Assembly (NCBI GenBank): GCA_044229145.1
Contig: JBGATO010000039.1
Span: 1 to 36,095 of the forward strand
Direction of reading: 5' to 3'
Length of the DNA stretch: 36,095 nt
Source of the DNA: Candidatus Eiseniibacteriota bacterium
GTDB taxonomy: Bacteria; Eisenbacteria; RBG-16-71-46; CAZEPH01
The translations under genes were made by a program, and so were the position numbers. Of the stretch, positions 19,841 through 29,388 are shown one piece after another (the first letter of the stretch is position 1; each line of letters begins with the position of its first letter). Under the pieces are notes generated by a model, which was not told where the DNA came from, did not search any database, and saw only the letters and a list, made by a program, of their open reading frames with translations.

Positions 19841-20662
19841 CTAATGGGGCGAAGCCTCGGTGTCGGCCACCACCCAGGCTTCCGGGAAACCCTGGCGCAC
19901 CGCGCGCTCACGGAGATCCGTGGCGGCACCACGCGTCGCGTAGTGGCCGGCGATGACTTTGAACGGCAGCGAGCTGCTCGGTTGCTCGCGGACTCGCGTC
20001 TCGACCCCGAGCGTGCGCGCCGCCTGACGTGCCGCGAACTCCGCCGCGACCCGCGTCGGGAAGGCGTGGAGTTGTACCGCGAAGGCACGCGCCGCGGGCT
20101 CGGCGTCGTCCGCGTCGCGCGCGGTGTCGCGCGGCGCCACCACCGGTGCGCGCACCCGCGGCGGCGTCTGGATCGCCGTCGTGGTGTCGGCGCGCGGCGG
20201 TGCGGGCGCTGGCGCGTCACGCGACGTGTCATCGAGATCGACCACGCGCCCCGGATCGGTGAACACGCTATCGAAGGGATCGTCGCCAGTACGTTGGGCC
20301 GGGGCCTCGGCGGGTTCGACCGACAGCGGCTGGGAGACATCGGGTGTCACGGACGTATCGGCGGTGGCAACCGGCGCGGCGACGGGCGCGGGCGTCTTCG
20401 CCGCCTCGCGCGCGACGGGCGCCGACGCGGCGCGCGAGGCGGCGGCCTTGGACGCGCGCGCCGGCGTGCGCGAGGTCTCCGCCGGTGGTTGCAGCGTCGC
20501 GGCGGGCGCCCGCTGCGGCAGCACGGCGGCATCATGCCAGCGGCTGGTATCGGCCGGCGTCGCGCGCGTCACCCGCGACACCTGCATGCCACGCGTCGAC
20601 GCGCAGCCGCTCGCGCACACCAGGCACGCGAGCAGGCACGCGAACCGCGCGCGATCACTCAT
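19841..20662 (-). CDS. SPOR-domain lipoprotein
   Basis: Lipobox-like CASGC, long Ala/Pro/Thr linker, C-terminal FAVQLHAF...FKVIAGHY...GFPEAWVV; start overlaps the manC stop. Confidence 0.85.
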   Translation of the reverse strand: MSDRARFACLLACLVCASGCASTRGMQVSRVTRATPADTSRWHDAAVLPQRAPAATLQPPAETSRTPARASKAAASRAASAPVAREAAKTPAPVAAPVATADTSVTPDVSQPLSVEPAEAPAQRTGDDPFDSVFTDPGRVVDLDDTSRDAPAPAPPRADTTTAIQTPPRVRAPVVAPRDTARDADDAEPAARAFAVQLHAFPTRVAAEFAARQAARTLGVETRVREQPSSSLPFKVIAGHYATRGAATDLRERAVRQGFPEAWVVADTEASPH

Positions 20663-21719
20663 AGCGCGTCCAACCACGCGCGCGCACCTCGGCGAGCAGC
20701 GCGCGTACCTCCTGCGCGCGTTCCAGTGGCGCGATCAGCGTGACGTCGCGCGTGCGCACCACCGCCACGTCCTGCACGCCGAGCACCGCGAGCAAGCCGT
20801 CGTCGCTGAGCAACACCGAATCGCGCACGTCGAGCGCGATGACGTCGCCCCGCGTCACGTTGCCGGCGGCATCGCGTTCGCGCAGCCGCGGCAGCGCGCC
20901 CCACTCGCCGACATCGTCCCACTCGAACGCCGCACGCACGGTGGCGATGTTGCGCGCGCGCTCGAGCACGCCGTAGTCGATCGAGATGGACGGCGCGGTC
21001 TCGTAGAACGTCGTTGCGGCGGCACCTCCGTCTTCGCCCTGCCAGTCGGCGGCAAGCCGCGTCGCGCACGCGGCGAGCTCCGGCAGCGACGCGGCCACCG
21101 CGGCGAGCAACACGTCGGCGCGCCACACGAACATGCCGCTGTTCCACCACATGGTGCCGCGCGCCACGTACTCGGCGGCGCGCACGGCGTCGGGCTTCTC
21201 GTGAAAGGCGGCGACGTGGAACGCGGCGGCGTCGTCCTCGAACGCGGCGCCCGCTTCGATGTAGCCGTAGCCGGTTTCCGGACGCGCCGGCGGAATGCCG
21301 AACGTCACGAGATCGCCCGCCTCGGCGCGGCGCACCGCGCGGCGCAGATCGTCGTGAAACACGCGCAACGGGCGCACCAGGTGGTCCGACGGCAGGACGA
21401 TGCAGACCGCGTCGGGATCGAGGCGATGCGCACGCACCGCGCCGTAGACACACGCGGCGGCGGTGTTGCGGGCGACCGGTTCGCCGTAGACGCCAACCTG
21501 CGGCGCGTCAGCGAGCGTGGCGCGCACCGGCTCCACCAACGAGGCCGCGGTGACCACCGTCATGCGCGGTTGCTCGACCAACCCGACGAGCCGGTCGAGC
21601 GTGTCGCTCAGCAGCGTGCGCTCGCTGAGCAACGGCAACAGCTGCTTCGGACGGTCACGCCGCGACTGCGGCCAGAACCGTTCGCCCTTCCCTCCCGCCA
21701 AAATCACCGCATGCAGCAT
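20655..21719 (-). CDS. manC: Mannose-1-phosphate guanylyltransferase (monofunctional)
   Basis: ILAGGKGERFWPQSR..PKQ, EPVARNTA, PSDH, PETGYGYI, FHEKP, WNSGMF, SIDYGVLE, WDDVGEW; no isomerase cupin domain. Confidence 0.93.
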   Translation of the reverse strand: MLHAVILAGGKGERFWPQSRRDRPKQLLPLLSERTLLSDTLDRLVGLVEQPRMTVVTAASLVEPVRATLADAPQVGVYGEPVARNTAAACVYGAVRAHRLDPDAVCIVLPSDHLVRPLRVFHDDLRRAVRRAEAGDLVTFGIPPARPETGYGYIEAGAAFEDDAAAFHVAAFHEKPDAVRAAEYVARGTMWWNSGMFVWRADVLLAAVAASLPELAACATRLAADWQGEDGGAAATTFYETAPSISIDYGVLERARNIATVRAAFEWDDVGEWGALPRLRERDAAGNVTRGDVIALDVRDSVLLSDDGLLAVLGVQDVAVVRTRDVTLIAPLERAQEVRALLAEVRARGWTRYE

Positions 21720-21752
21720 GCTGTCTCCCGTGAGTGCGCCTCGCGCGGCATG

Positions 21753-22994
21753 CTACCGGCTCGCCGCCTCCCGCGCAACGCGCCGCGGCGCGGCGAGGGC
21801 GTTCGCCACCAAGAGTCCCGCGGCCAACGCAGCGCTCAGCACCACCAGCGAGAAGGCGAACTGCATCCCCGACACGATGTCGGCCTCGAGCATCGAGAAC
21901 ACGCTGCGGATGCCGACGCTTCCCGGCACCAACACGATGACGCCGGGCACCTGCAACAGTGCCGCCGGCCGCCGCCGCCAGCGCGCGAACACCTGCGCCG
22001 TCAGTCCGAGCACCAGCGCGCTGACGAACATACCGAGCTGCGCGCCGAGCCGCGGCCCCACGGCGCGCGCCGTCGCGAACGCCACCGTGCTGCCGAGCAC
22101 CAGCCACGGCAGATCGCGCGGGCGCGCCTGGAACAGCACCAGGAGCGCGCACGGCGACACCGCGAGCGCCGCCCACTCCGTCCATCCCGGCAGGTGCAGC
22201 GCGCGGGCACTGTGTGCCAACGCCGGGAACAGGTCCAACAGCCGCGCGCCGATCGCCAGGCCGAAAGCGATCTGCAGGAACGTCATGAGCGCCCCGGCGA
22301 TGCGCGCCGTCCCGGACACCAAATGGCGCGAGGACAGCTCCTCGAGCGCGATCGTCAGCGTCAGCCCGGGCAGCAACACGATGAGACCGGCGAGCGCGCT
22401 GATCGACGTGGCGTGCCGCCAGCCGAGCGCCACTGCGCCGCCCGCCACCGCCGTGGCACCGAGCGCCGCCAGCGGTTCGAGCGTGCGGTGGACCCAGGAC
22501 ACCCGCCGCGCGAGCATCGCCAGCAGCCCGGTCATCAGCCCCGCCACCGCCGCGACGCCGATCTCGCGCAGACCGCCGTTCAGATACCGCGCAGTGGCCG
22601 CCGACGACAGCGCGAACGCGATCACCACCAGCGCCGCGCGATACCGGCGCGGACGCGCCACGATGTCGCGCACCCACTCGGTGCCGCGCGCCGGCGTCAT
22701 GCGGCCCGCCAACACCGCGTCGGTGACGTTGTGCAGCAGGCTCAGTTTCTCGAGGTTCATCTCGCCCGGCTCGACGCGCAGCAAGGCGGTGCGCTGATCT
22801 TCCGGCGGGCCGAACGAAGCGAACAGGGCGGTAGGTGACGAGAAGAACTGCCCGGCGACGCCGAGGGACGGCGCCACCTCGGTGACGATCTCCTCCAGCC
22901 GATAGGCCGGCGCCCCGTAGGCATGCAAGGCCCGCGACAGGGCGAGAACGAAGCCGATGGCTTCGCGCTCGGCAGCGGACTGTGCTTCAGGCAT
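21753..22994 (-). CDS. Threonine/serine exporter family (ThrE) membrane protein
   Basis: YGAPAYRLEE, SPT, LIVLLPGLTLT..EL....LVSGTAR, LVPGS; about 10 TM helices. Confidence 0.88.
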   Translation of the reverse strand: MPEAQSAAEREAIGFVLALSRALHAYGAPAYRLEEIVTEVAPSLGVAGQFFSSPTALFASFGPPEDQRTALLRVEPGEMNLEKLSLLHNVTDAVLAGRMTPARGTEWVRDIVARPRRYRAALVVIAFALSSAATARYLNGGLREIGVAAVAGLMTGLLAMLARRVSWVHRTLEPLAALGATAVAGGAVALGWRHATSISALAGLIVLLPGLTLTIALEELSSRHLVSGTARIAGALMTFLQIAFGLAIGARLLDLFPALAHSARALHLPGWTEWAALAVSPCALLVLFQARPRDLPWLVLGSTVAFATARAVGPRLGAQLGMFVSALVLGLTAQVFARWRRRPAALLQVPGVIVLVPGSVGIRSVFSMLEADIVSGMQFAFSLVVLSAALAAGLLVANALAAPRRVAREAASR

Positions 22995-23032
22995 GCGGCC
23001 CTCCCGGGCGCCCTCGACGCCCCAAAACGACA

Positions 23033-23062
23033 CCGCTCCGTCTCCCGCGGGAGACGGAGCGG
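23033..23062 (-). terminator. Intrinsic terminator after the OMP pair
   Basis: Perfect inverted repeat CCGCTCCGTCTCCC-GC-GGGAGACGGAGCGG followed on the minus strand by TGTCGTTTT. Confidence 0.8.
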
Positions 23063-23088
23063 CGAGCGTCACACCGATCCCGAAGGAT

Positions 23089-23658
23089 CTAGTTGAACAT
23101 AATGTTGAGGCTGATCGGAATCCAGCTCGAGGTCGAGCCGTCCTTCGACGCGCTGTGGTACGCCGCGCCGAGGCCCCACGACATCTTGCCACCGGCCTTC
23201 ATGCTGAAGCCGGCCATGCCGTTGAAGCCGAGTTCGGTGTTCGACGCGTCGGTGGCCACGTTGTTCGTGGTCTGCGACGCCTTGATGTTGTCGATGTCGA
23301 CACCCGCGCCCAGGTACACCTTGACCTTGCCTTCCATCGGCGGCATGAACACCGCGTCGACCGAACCACCCATGACCTTGACCTTGCGGTCGGTGGTCGA
23401 GGTGCCGATGTCGTCGCCAGTCAGCTGGTTGTACGCACCGGTGAAGCAGAGGCCGTAGTTCTTGCCGGCCGGCATCACGCCGACGATGACGTGGCCATTG
23501 AAGCCGGGGTTGTAGTTGGCGTCCTTCAGGTCACCGATGGGCATCGCCAAACCGCCACCAACGCCGAAGTGCACCATCGATTCCGCGGCGTGGGCCGCAA
23601 CCGCCGACAGCACGGTGCCGAGCACCACTGCGGCGAGCGTGCGCGCGAAGCGCTTCAT
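23089..23658 (-). CDS. Small (probably 8-stranded) outer-membrane beta-barrel protein, copy 1
   Basis: Signal peptide ending AHA, alternating strands, YLGAGV, C-terminal NIMFN; RBS GGAGG; -10-like TAGGAT at 23695-23700. Confidence 0.85.
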   Translation of the reverse strand: MKRFARTLAAVVLGTVLSAVAAHAAESMVHFGVGGGLAMPIGDLKDANYNPGFNGHVIVGVMPAGKNYGLCFTGAYNQLTGDDIGTSTTDRKVKVMGGSVDAVFMPPMEGKVKVYLGAGVDIDNIKASQTTNNVATDASNTELGFNGMAGFSMKAGGKMSWGLGAAYHSASKDGSTSSWIPISLNIMFN

Positions 23659-23763
23659 GGGGATTTCCTCCGTGGAATGACATCCTGTCGGGGCATCCTA
23701 ATGCGCCCGGCCGGCCTCCCGGCCAGCCCCCGCCTCACTGCCGCCACGCCGTCGCGGGGCTGC

Positions 23764-24360
23764 CTAGTTGAACATGAAGTGCACGCCGACCGGGATCCAG
23801 ACGAAGCTGGTGCCGTCGCTCGACACGCTGTGCAGCGACGCGTCGAGTCCGAAGGCCTTCCCGCCCGACATCTTGAACGACACGCCCACACCACCCGTGA
23901 AGCCCACCTTGGTCTCGCTGCCCGAGACGCTCACGTTGGTCTCGCCGTCGCTGGCATCCACCGAGATCTTGTGGTTGTACACGCCGACGCCGAACTTCAC
24001 CCACGGCGTCGCCTTGCCCTCCGTGGGCACGGTGATCAGCGCGCACAGGTCACCCGACAGGGCGCGGTACTTCGCGCTCGCGGTGACGTCCGTCTCGACG
24101 TCCACGTACGTGTCGGTGGGCAGGCTCACGAAGCCGGCGTCGACGCACAGCCCGTAGTTCTTTCCCGCCGGCATGATGCCGAGCGAGGCACGGCCATGGA
24201 ATCCCGTGTTGAATTCCGAATCCTTCAGGTCTCCCGTCGGCAGCGCCACACCACCGCCAATGCCGAAATGCACCGAAGACGAACCTTCCGCCTTGGCGGA
24301 GGACGAGCTCATCACACCTAGAACGGCGATGAGAGCCACGAAACTCGCGATTCGCTTCAT
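23764..24360 (-). CDS. Small (probably 8-stranded) outer-membrane beta-barrel protein, copy 2
   Basis: RBS GAGGAGGAG before ATG 24360; signal peptide ending AKA; PWVKFGVGVY; C-terminal HFMFN; paralog of copy 1. Confidence 0.85.
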   Translation of the reverse strand: MKRIASFVALIAVLGVMSSSSAKAEGSSSVHFGIGGGVALPTGDLKDSEFNTGFHGRASLGIMPAGKNYGLCVDAGFVSLPTDTYVDVETDVTASAKYRALSGDLCALITVPTEGKATPWVKFGVGVYNHKISVDASDGETNVSVSGSETKVGFTGGVGVSFKMSGGKAFGLDASLHSVSSDGTSFVWIPVGVHFMFN

Positions 24361-24468
24361 GCGACAACTCCTCCTCAGGGACGTTAGGCCACGCCTGGTC
24401 CACGGAGAGGAGCGACGACCGTGCATGCGGCGTCGCTCGCCGACCCACGTGGGGATCGTGGCGCGCCG

Positions 24469-24497
24469 ACTATCAAATTCGCGGCAAGTATCGTCAA
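24469..24497 (-). promoter_or_regulatory. Putative sigma70-type promoter for the OMP genes
   Basis: Minus strand TTGACG-N17-GATAGT in a locally AT-rich patch. Confidence 0.5.
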
Positions 24498-24588
24498 CGA
24501 GAAACTCGGGGCGCGACATCGTGCTAGGAGATCGCCGATCGCATCGACTCCGTCGTACACGTGTTGCGGCGACGCACGCGGTGCCGGG

Positions 24589-25779
24589 CTACTTGGTCTT
24601 CCGGCGGGTCTTGGGTTGCGGCGCTGGCTGGGGCGCCGGCTGGGGCGGGCGGGCGACCGGCCCCGGATCGGCGAGCAGCGCCAGCGCGGGGTTCCAGAAC
24701 AGGGTGGCGGCGTGGCGCATCTCGCGGTACGCGCCGAGCGGACCGCCACGCCGGAAGATGTAGTCCGCGGTGGCGAGCACGATCCCCTCGGCGCCGCGGC
24801 CGCGTGCCTGCCGCGCCGCCGCCGCCCGCGAGACGCGATCGAGTCCGGTCGTGCTCCACACCGTGAATCCGGCAGCGCGCAACGAATCGATGCTCGCGAG
24901 CACGCTGTCCCGCGGCGCATCGTGGCGGTCCAGCACGAAGAGATCGCGCGGCAGAGCCCCACGCACTGCGGGCGTGTCGAACCGCGCGCCCAGCGACGTC
25001 GACAGGCCGCGCGTCTCGCGCGGCGAGAGGAGCAGCCCTCCGTAGATCGCGGTGCGCGCGCCCTTCGCCGCGAGCACGTCGTGGGCGAAGATCACGCTGC
25101 GGGTGTAGAGGTCCTGCGCGGCGGCGGGAGACAGCGAATCGAAGCGGGCAGCTTCATGTCCGATCAGGATCGTCTTCACGCCGAGGCTGTCGACGAGATC
25201 GGTGAGCAACAGCTTCACCAACCGCTGCGCCGCCGGCGTGCGGATGTCGAGCGTCGTGCGATTGAGCAAGGCCTCCGGGTGCGATGGCCCGAACAAGACG
25301 TCTTGCCGTCCGAGCAAGTCGACTCCAAGCACAGGTTCGAGCCCCGCGGCCCGTGTCGCCTGCACCAGCTGGTGCAGCCAGCGGAAGTTGAACAGCGTGT
25401 TGTCGGTGGTCATCTCCCGCAGCGAGGCGAACTCGGCCACATTGTCGATCTGCAGGATGACGTGCGTGAAGCGGTCGCGATGTGCCGCCGCGAGCAGGTC
25501 GGCGAGCGGAAAGATGCGGAGGTCGCGTCCGTAGATCAGCGACATCTCGAGTCCACGCACCGGATACGCAGGCTCGCCGTCACCGAGGCCGGCCGGCAGC
25601 GGCAGCGTGTCGGGCACCGGCACCAGCGTCATGTAGCCGCCCCCACCCGGCAGCCCGGCGGAGACCTGCGCGACGGCGCGCGGCGCTCCGACGCACATCA
25701 GCGCCACGACTCCCACGGCGGCCACGCCACGCGCGCACGCGCGGGCACGCCGCGCCACACTCTGCGCCGACACGATCAT
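24589..25779 (-). CDS. Exported GH20-like TIM-barrel protein with degenerate catalytic motifs
   Basis: Signal peptide ending AVA-Q; GH20-like spacing PAYPVRGL, LVQATRAAGLEPV..LLG, TLDIRTP, ILIGHEA, AIYGGLL, LPRDLFVLD, GFTVW, GIVLAT. This is the 3' part of the 1149-aa track ORF. Confidence 0.65.
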   Translation of the reverse strand: MIVSAQSVARRARACARGVAAVGVVALMCVGAPRAVAQVSAGLPGGGGYMTLVPVPDTLPLPAGLGDGEPAYPVRGLEMSLIYGRDLRIFPLADLLAAAHRDRFTHVILQIDNVAEFASLREMTTDNTLFNFRWLHQLVQATRAAGLEPVLGVDLLGRQDVLFGPSHPEALLNRTTLDIRTPAAQRLVKLLLTDLVDSLGVKTILIGHEAARFDSLSPAAAQDLYTRSVIFAHDVLAAKGARTAIYGGLLLSPRETRGLSTSLGARFDTPAVRGALPRDLFVLDRHDAPRDSVLASIDSLRAAGFTVWSTTGLDRVSRAAAARQARGRGAEGIVLATADYIFRRGGPLGAYREMRHAATLFWNPALALLADPGPVARPPQPAPQPAPQPKTRRKTK

Positions 25780-25835
25780 GCAGGTCTCCGACGGATAGGG
25801 ACAACCGGACGCGGGGGACGCGCCGAGGCGAAGTG

Positions 25836-27029
25836 CTAGCTCCGCATGCGCCGGCTGGTACCGATACCGGCCAGAGCAGAATAGTAGATCGACTCGACGC
25901 GATCCACCACGTGATCCCACGAGAAGCGTTCTTCGACCAGACGGCGGGCGCGCGCTTCGTACGCGGCGACGCGTGCCGGGTCCTCGAGCAGGCCGGCGAG
26001 CGCATCGCGCAGCGCCGCCACATCGCCCGAGGGGAACGCCACCGCATTCTCGCCGGTGACCTCGAGATTCTCGGGGATGTCCGAGGTCACGACGCAGCGG
26101 CCGTACGAGAGCGCTTCGAGCAAGGTGAGCGACAACCCCTCGAGGGTCGACGGCTGCGCCACGCAATACGCGTTCGACCACAGCTCCTCGAGCACGTCGC
26201 CGTAGACGTAGTCGAGGAACAGGATGCGGTCGGACTCGTAGCGCTTCAACTCGGCGACGTAGTCGTCGCTGAAGCTCGAGCCGCCGGCCATCACCAGCTT
26301 GACCTCGGGGAATCGGTCCTGCAGCTGCGTGAACGCTTCGAGCAGGAAGTGGCAGCCCTTCTCCGGCACCAGCCGCCCGACGAAGAGCACGTAGCGCGTG
26401 CCATCGGCGGCCAGGCCGAAGCGGCGAATCTTGTTCGGCGGGCGCACCGTCGGCGCGCTGGTGCCGTTGGGGATCACCTCCGGCGACAAGCCGTACTTCT
26501 GCTCGAAGTAATGCGCCAGCGTCCGCGACACGACGATGGTCGAGGTCGGGAAATGAATCGCCGGGTACTCGCACTGCTTGAGCAGCCACGCGGCGGCCGG
26601 TCCCCACTTTTGGCGTTCCCAGTCGAGGCCGTGCACCGTCACCACGCTCTTCATGCCGCGCAGCCGCGGCACGCCGCTGAAGATGCTCGGCCCGAGCGCG
26701 TGGAAGTGGACGACGTCGTAGGGCCGCAAGAGCGCGTCGAAGGTCGCGAGCGCGGTGTGCGTCGCGGTGTCGAGGTGCTTGGTGTTGATACTCGGCAGGC
26801 GGCGCAGACGGATGCCGTGATAGCTGCCGCGCTGCTGGCTGTAGTAGAGCCGCGAGTACACGGTGACGTCGTGCCCGCGTTCGACCAAGCGCGCCGAGAC
26901 TTCCTCGACGTGGCGCTCGATGCCGCCATAGGTCGCGGGCATGCCCTTTTGGCCGATCATCGCGATGCGCAGCGGCGGCCGCGACGGATCGTGAACGGGC
27001 TGGCTGCCGTTGTGCGGACGGGCGCTCAT
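25836..27029 (-). CDS. Glycosyltransferase family 4
   Basis: IAMIGQKGMPATYGGIE, FVGRLVPEKG, PSTLEGLSLTLLEALSYG (E-X7-E); ATGA overlap with the upstream gene. Confidence 0.93.
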   Translation of the reverse strand: MSARPHNGSQPVHDPSRPPLRIAMIGQKGMPATYGGIERHVEEVSARLVERGHDVTVYSRLYYSQQRGSYHGIRLRRLPSINTKHLDTATHTALATFDALLRPYDVVHFHALGPSIFSGVPRLRGMKSVVTVHGLDWERQKWGPAAAWLLKQCEYPAIHFPTSTIVVSRTLAHYFEQKYGLSPEVIPNGTSAPTVRPPNKIRRFGLAADGTRYVLFVGRLVPEKGCHFLLEAFTQLQDRFPEVKLVMAGGSSFSDDYVAELKRYESDRILFLDYVYGDVLEELWSNAYCVAQPSTLEGLSLTLLEALSYGRCVVTSDIPENLEVTGENAVAFPSGDVAALRDALAGLLEDPARVAAYEARARRLVEERFSWDHVVDRVESIYYSALAGIGTSRRMRS

Positions 27030-28243
27030 GCGGCGATGGCCTCCGCGGCGGCAGCGTACTCCGCCTCGACGCGCGCCAGGTGTGCGGCCGGGGCGAAATC
27101 GCGCTCGATGCGTGCGCGGGCATTGCGGCCGAAGGCGGCGGCGCGCGCGCCGTCGGCCAGTGCGGTGGCGAGCGCCTGCGCGAGTCCCGCCGCGTCGCGC
27201 GGCGCGAACGTATAGCCGGTGACGCCGTCTTCGACGAGTTCGGGAATGCCGCCGATGCGCGCGCCGACCACGGCGCGGCCCAGCGCCATCGCCTCGAGCA
27301 CGGCGAACGGCAAGTTTTCGTACCACTCGCTCGGCACCACCACCACGCGCGCGCGGCGCACGGCGTCGTGCAGCGCGTCGCCTTGCAGGTAGCCGAGCAG
27401 CGTGATCGGCAGGCCGTCGTCACGCGCGGCTTCGAGCGCCGGACGTTCGGGGCCCTCGCCCGCCACCGTGAGCCGCGTGCCGGGCAACTGGCGTAGCGCA
27501 TCGAGCAGCGTCGCCAAACCCTTCTCGCGGGACAGGCGGCCGGCGTAGAGCACGTCGTCGCCCGGGCCGTCGGCGGGACGATAATTGCTGGCCGGCACGC
27601 AGTACGGCAGATGCACGAGTTTGTGTGCCGGCAAGCCGTGCCGCGCCATGGTGTCACGCATCCACGTGCTCGGGCAGAGGAAGCGCGCCACCGTATCGTA
27701 CGAGCCGAGCGCGCGGTGCAGATACGCTTCGGTGGCGAGCACGACCCCGGCGGCGAACGAGTCGCGGTGACAGCGCCGGCGTGCCGCCTCGAAGAAGCGC
27801 TCGCCCTGGCACGCTTCGCACACCGTGCCGTGGTCGAGGAAGAGATACGAGGGACAGGCGATCTTGTAGTCGTGCAGCGTCTGCACCACCGGAATGCGGT
27901 GCTTCTGCAAGACCGGCACGATCGACGGCGTGAGCTGGTGCGCAATGTTGTGCAGATGCGCGACGTCGGGCCGCCAGTCGCGCAGCAAGCGATCGAGGCA
28001 GGACGCCGCCTCGCGCGAATAGATGATGCGCGCTGCAACGCCCATCGACCGTGCGCCCGGCCCGTCGAAGTCGACCTCCGACGGGAAGTAGCGCGCGAAC
28101 GGCGTCGCCGCGTTGCGGGGATGCTGCATCGCGAAGGGCGCGACCTCGTGCCCGGCGCGCTGTTGCGCGTCGGCGACGTCGGCGACGTACCGTTCGGCGC
28201 CGCCCTTCACGAAGTGGAACTTGTTCACGTGGAGGATTCGCAC
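27026..28243 (-). CDS. Glycosyltransferase family 4
   Basis: GTG start RILHVNKF..KGGAE, TLHDYKIACP, YAGRLSREKG, PSEWYENLPFAVLEAMALG. Confidence 0.93.
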   Translation of the reverse strand: MRILHVNKFHFVKGGAERYVADVADAQQRAGHEVAPFAMQHPRNAATPFARYFPSEVDFDGPGARSMGVAARIIYSREAASCLDRLLRDWRPDVAHLHNIAHQLTPSIVPVLQKHRIPVVQTLHDYKIACPSYLFLDHGTVCEACQGERFFEAARRRCHRDSFAAGVVLATEAYLHRALGSYDTVARFLCPSTWMRDTMARHGLPAHKLVHLPYCVPASNYRPADGPGDDVLYAGRLSREKGLATLLDALRQLPGTRLTVAGEGPERPALEAARDDGLPITLLGYLQGDALHDAVRRARVVVVPSEWYENLPFAVLEAMALGRAVVGARIGGIPELVEDGVTGYTFAPRDAAGLAQALATALADGARAAAFGRNARARIERDFAPAAHLARVEAEYAAAAEAIAA

Positions 28244-29388
28244 GCGGTCTGCGTCCCCCCGGAGGTCGTGGCACCGGCGCGGGCCGGCGCGTCCGGCGCG
28301 ACATCGAAGTCCTCGGCACCCGCCGGCACCAGCGCGGTGAGCGGCTGCGGCGGGGCGATCGCGGTCACCGCCACGCGCGGCGCGGGCCGCGGCGGCAGGT
28401 CGGCATCCGCGAGTTTCGCGCGCTTGCCGAGGCCGAGGAATTTCGCCATCGCCACCCACCAGCCCGGCACCCACGGCGCCCGGCGCATCGCCGGCGCGAC
28501 GGTGCACGACATCCAGCAGTCGACGCTGCACGTCTTGACGTCCTGCAGGATGTCGGCGGACTTGGCGTACATCGCCTCGTAGGACTCCTCGAGGATATTG
28601 CCCATCTTCCGGTTGAGCGCGTTGCACGGATACACGTCGCCTTCCGGATTGATGTAGATCATCTCGTCGGCGGCGTGACAGAAGATCCGCCGCTTGCGGC
28701 GGTACACGTAGTCGATGAGGCCGTCGGTGTAGTAGGCGCGGAACCAGTCCTTGAGCCGCGGCGAGCCCAATTGTTTGTCGCGCACCGCGATCAAGTTGTC
28801 GACGACGTCCTGGCGTCCGGCCCACGGGAACGCGTCGTCCTGATTGCCAAAGTAGGTGTCGCTCGACTGCGCGACCGAGCAGACGAACTCGACGCCCATC
28901 TCGTCGGCGAGCGCCTTGAGCTTGGGCAGCTCGCCCACCGACTCGCGCGACACCGTGCCGCTGATGCCGAGATCGGTGTGGCCCGCCGCCTTCAAGCGGC
29001 GCAGCGTGTCGAGCGCCTTCTGGTAGCCACCGGGAATGCCGCGGGTGCGGTCGTCCGCTTCGCCGATGCCATCGATCGACACGCGCAGGCCGACGCCGCG
29101 CATGACGTCCATCTGCTGCTCGATGCGCGGCGGCATGAGCGCGTTGGTCGAAATGATGATGCGCACGCCCGGAATGTGATCGCGGATGGTCTGCACGAGT
29201 TCGGGGAGATCCTTGCGCAGGAACGGCTCGCCGCCGGAGATGTTGACCTCGCGCAGGGTGCGCGGCAGCCGGCGATAGTCCGCAGGCGCCATCTCGGGCC
29301 CGCGGCCGTATTGCCAGATGTCGCACATCGTGCAGCGCGACTGGCACGCCATGGTGACCGCAATCACGGCCGAACGCGGTCCCCGCAT
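28225..29388 (-). CDS. Radical SAM protein with SPASM/twitch domain
   Basis: CQSRCTMC (CxxxCxxC), SGGEPF, VSIDG, CHAADEMIYINPEGDVYPC, CSVDCWMSC. Confidence 0.92.
   Translation of the reverse strand: MRGPRSAVIAVTMACQSRCTMCDIWQYGRGPEMAPADYRRLPRTLREVNISGGEPFLRKDLPELVQTIRDHIPGVRIIISTNALMPPRIEQQMDVMRGVGLRVSIDGIGEADDRTRGIPGGYQKALDTLRRLKAAGHTDLGISGTVSRESVGELPKLKALADEMGVEFVCSVAQSSDTYFGNQDDAFPWAGRQDVVDNLIAVRDKQLGSPRLKDWFRAYYTDGLIDYVYRRKRRIFCHAADEMIYINPEGDVYPCNALNRKMGNILEESYEAMYAKSADILQDVKTCSVDCWMSCTVAPAMRRAPWVPGWWVAMAKFLGLGKRAKLADADLPPRPAPRVAVTAIAPPQPLTALVPAGAEDFDVAPDAPARAGATTSGGTQTACESST

Noticed and set aside
24589..28038. 1149-aa ORF as one giant protein
   Set aside because: Its first ~750 aa are Arg-rich shadow sequence overlapping two clear GT4 genes in other frames; only 24589-25779 looks coding.
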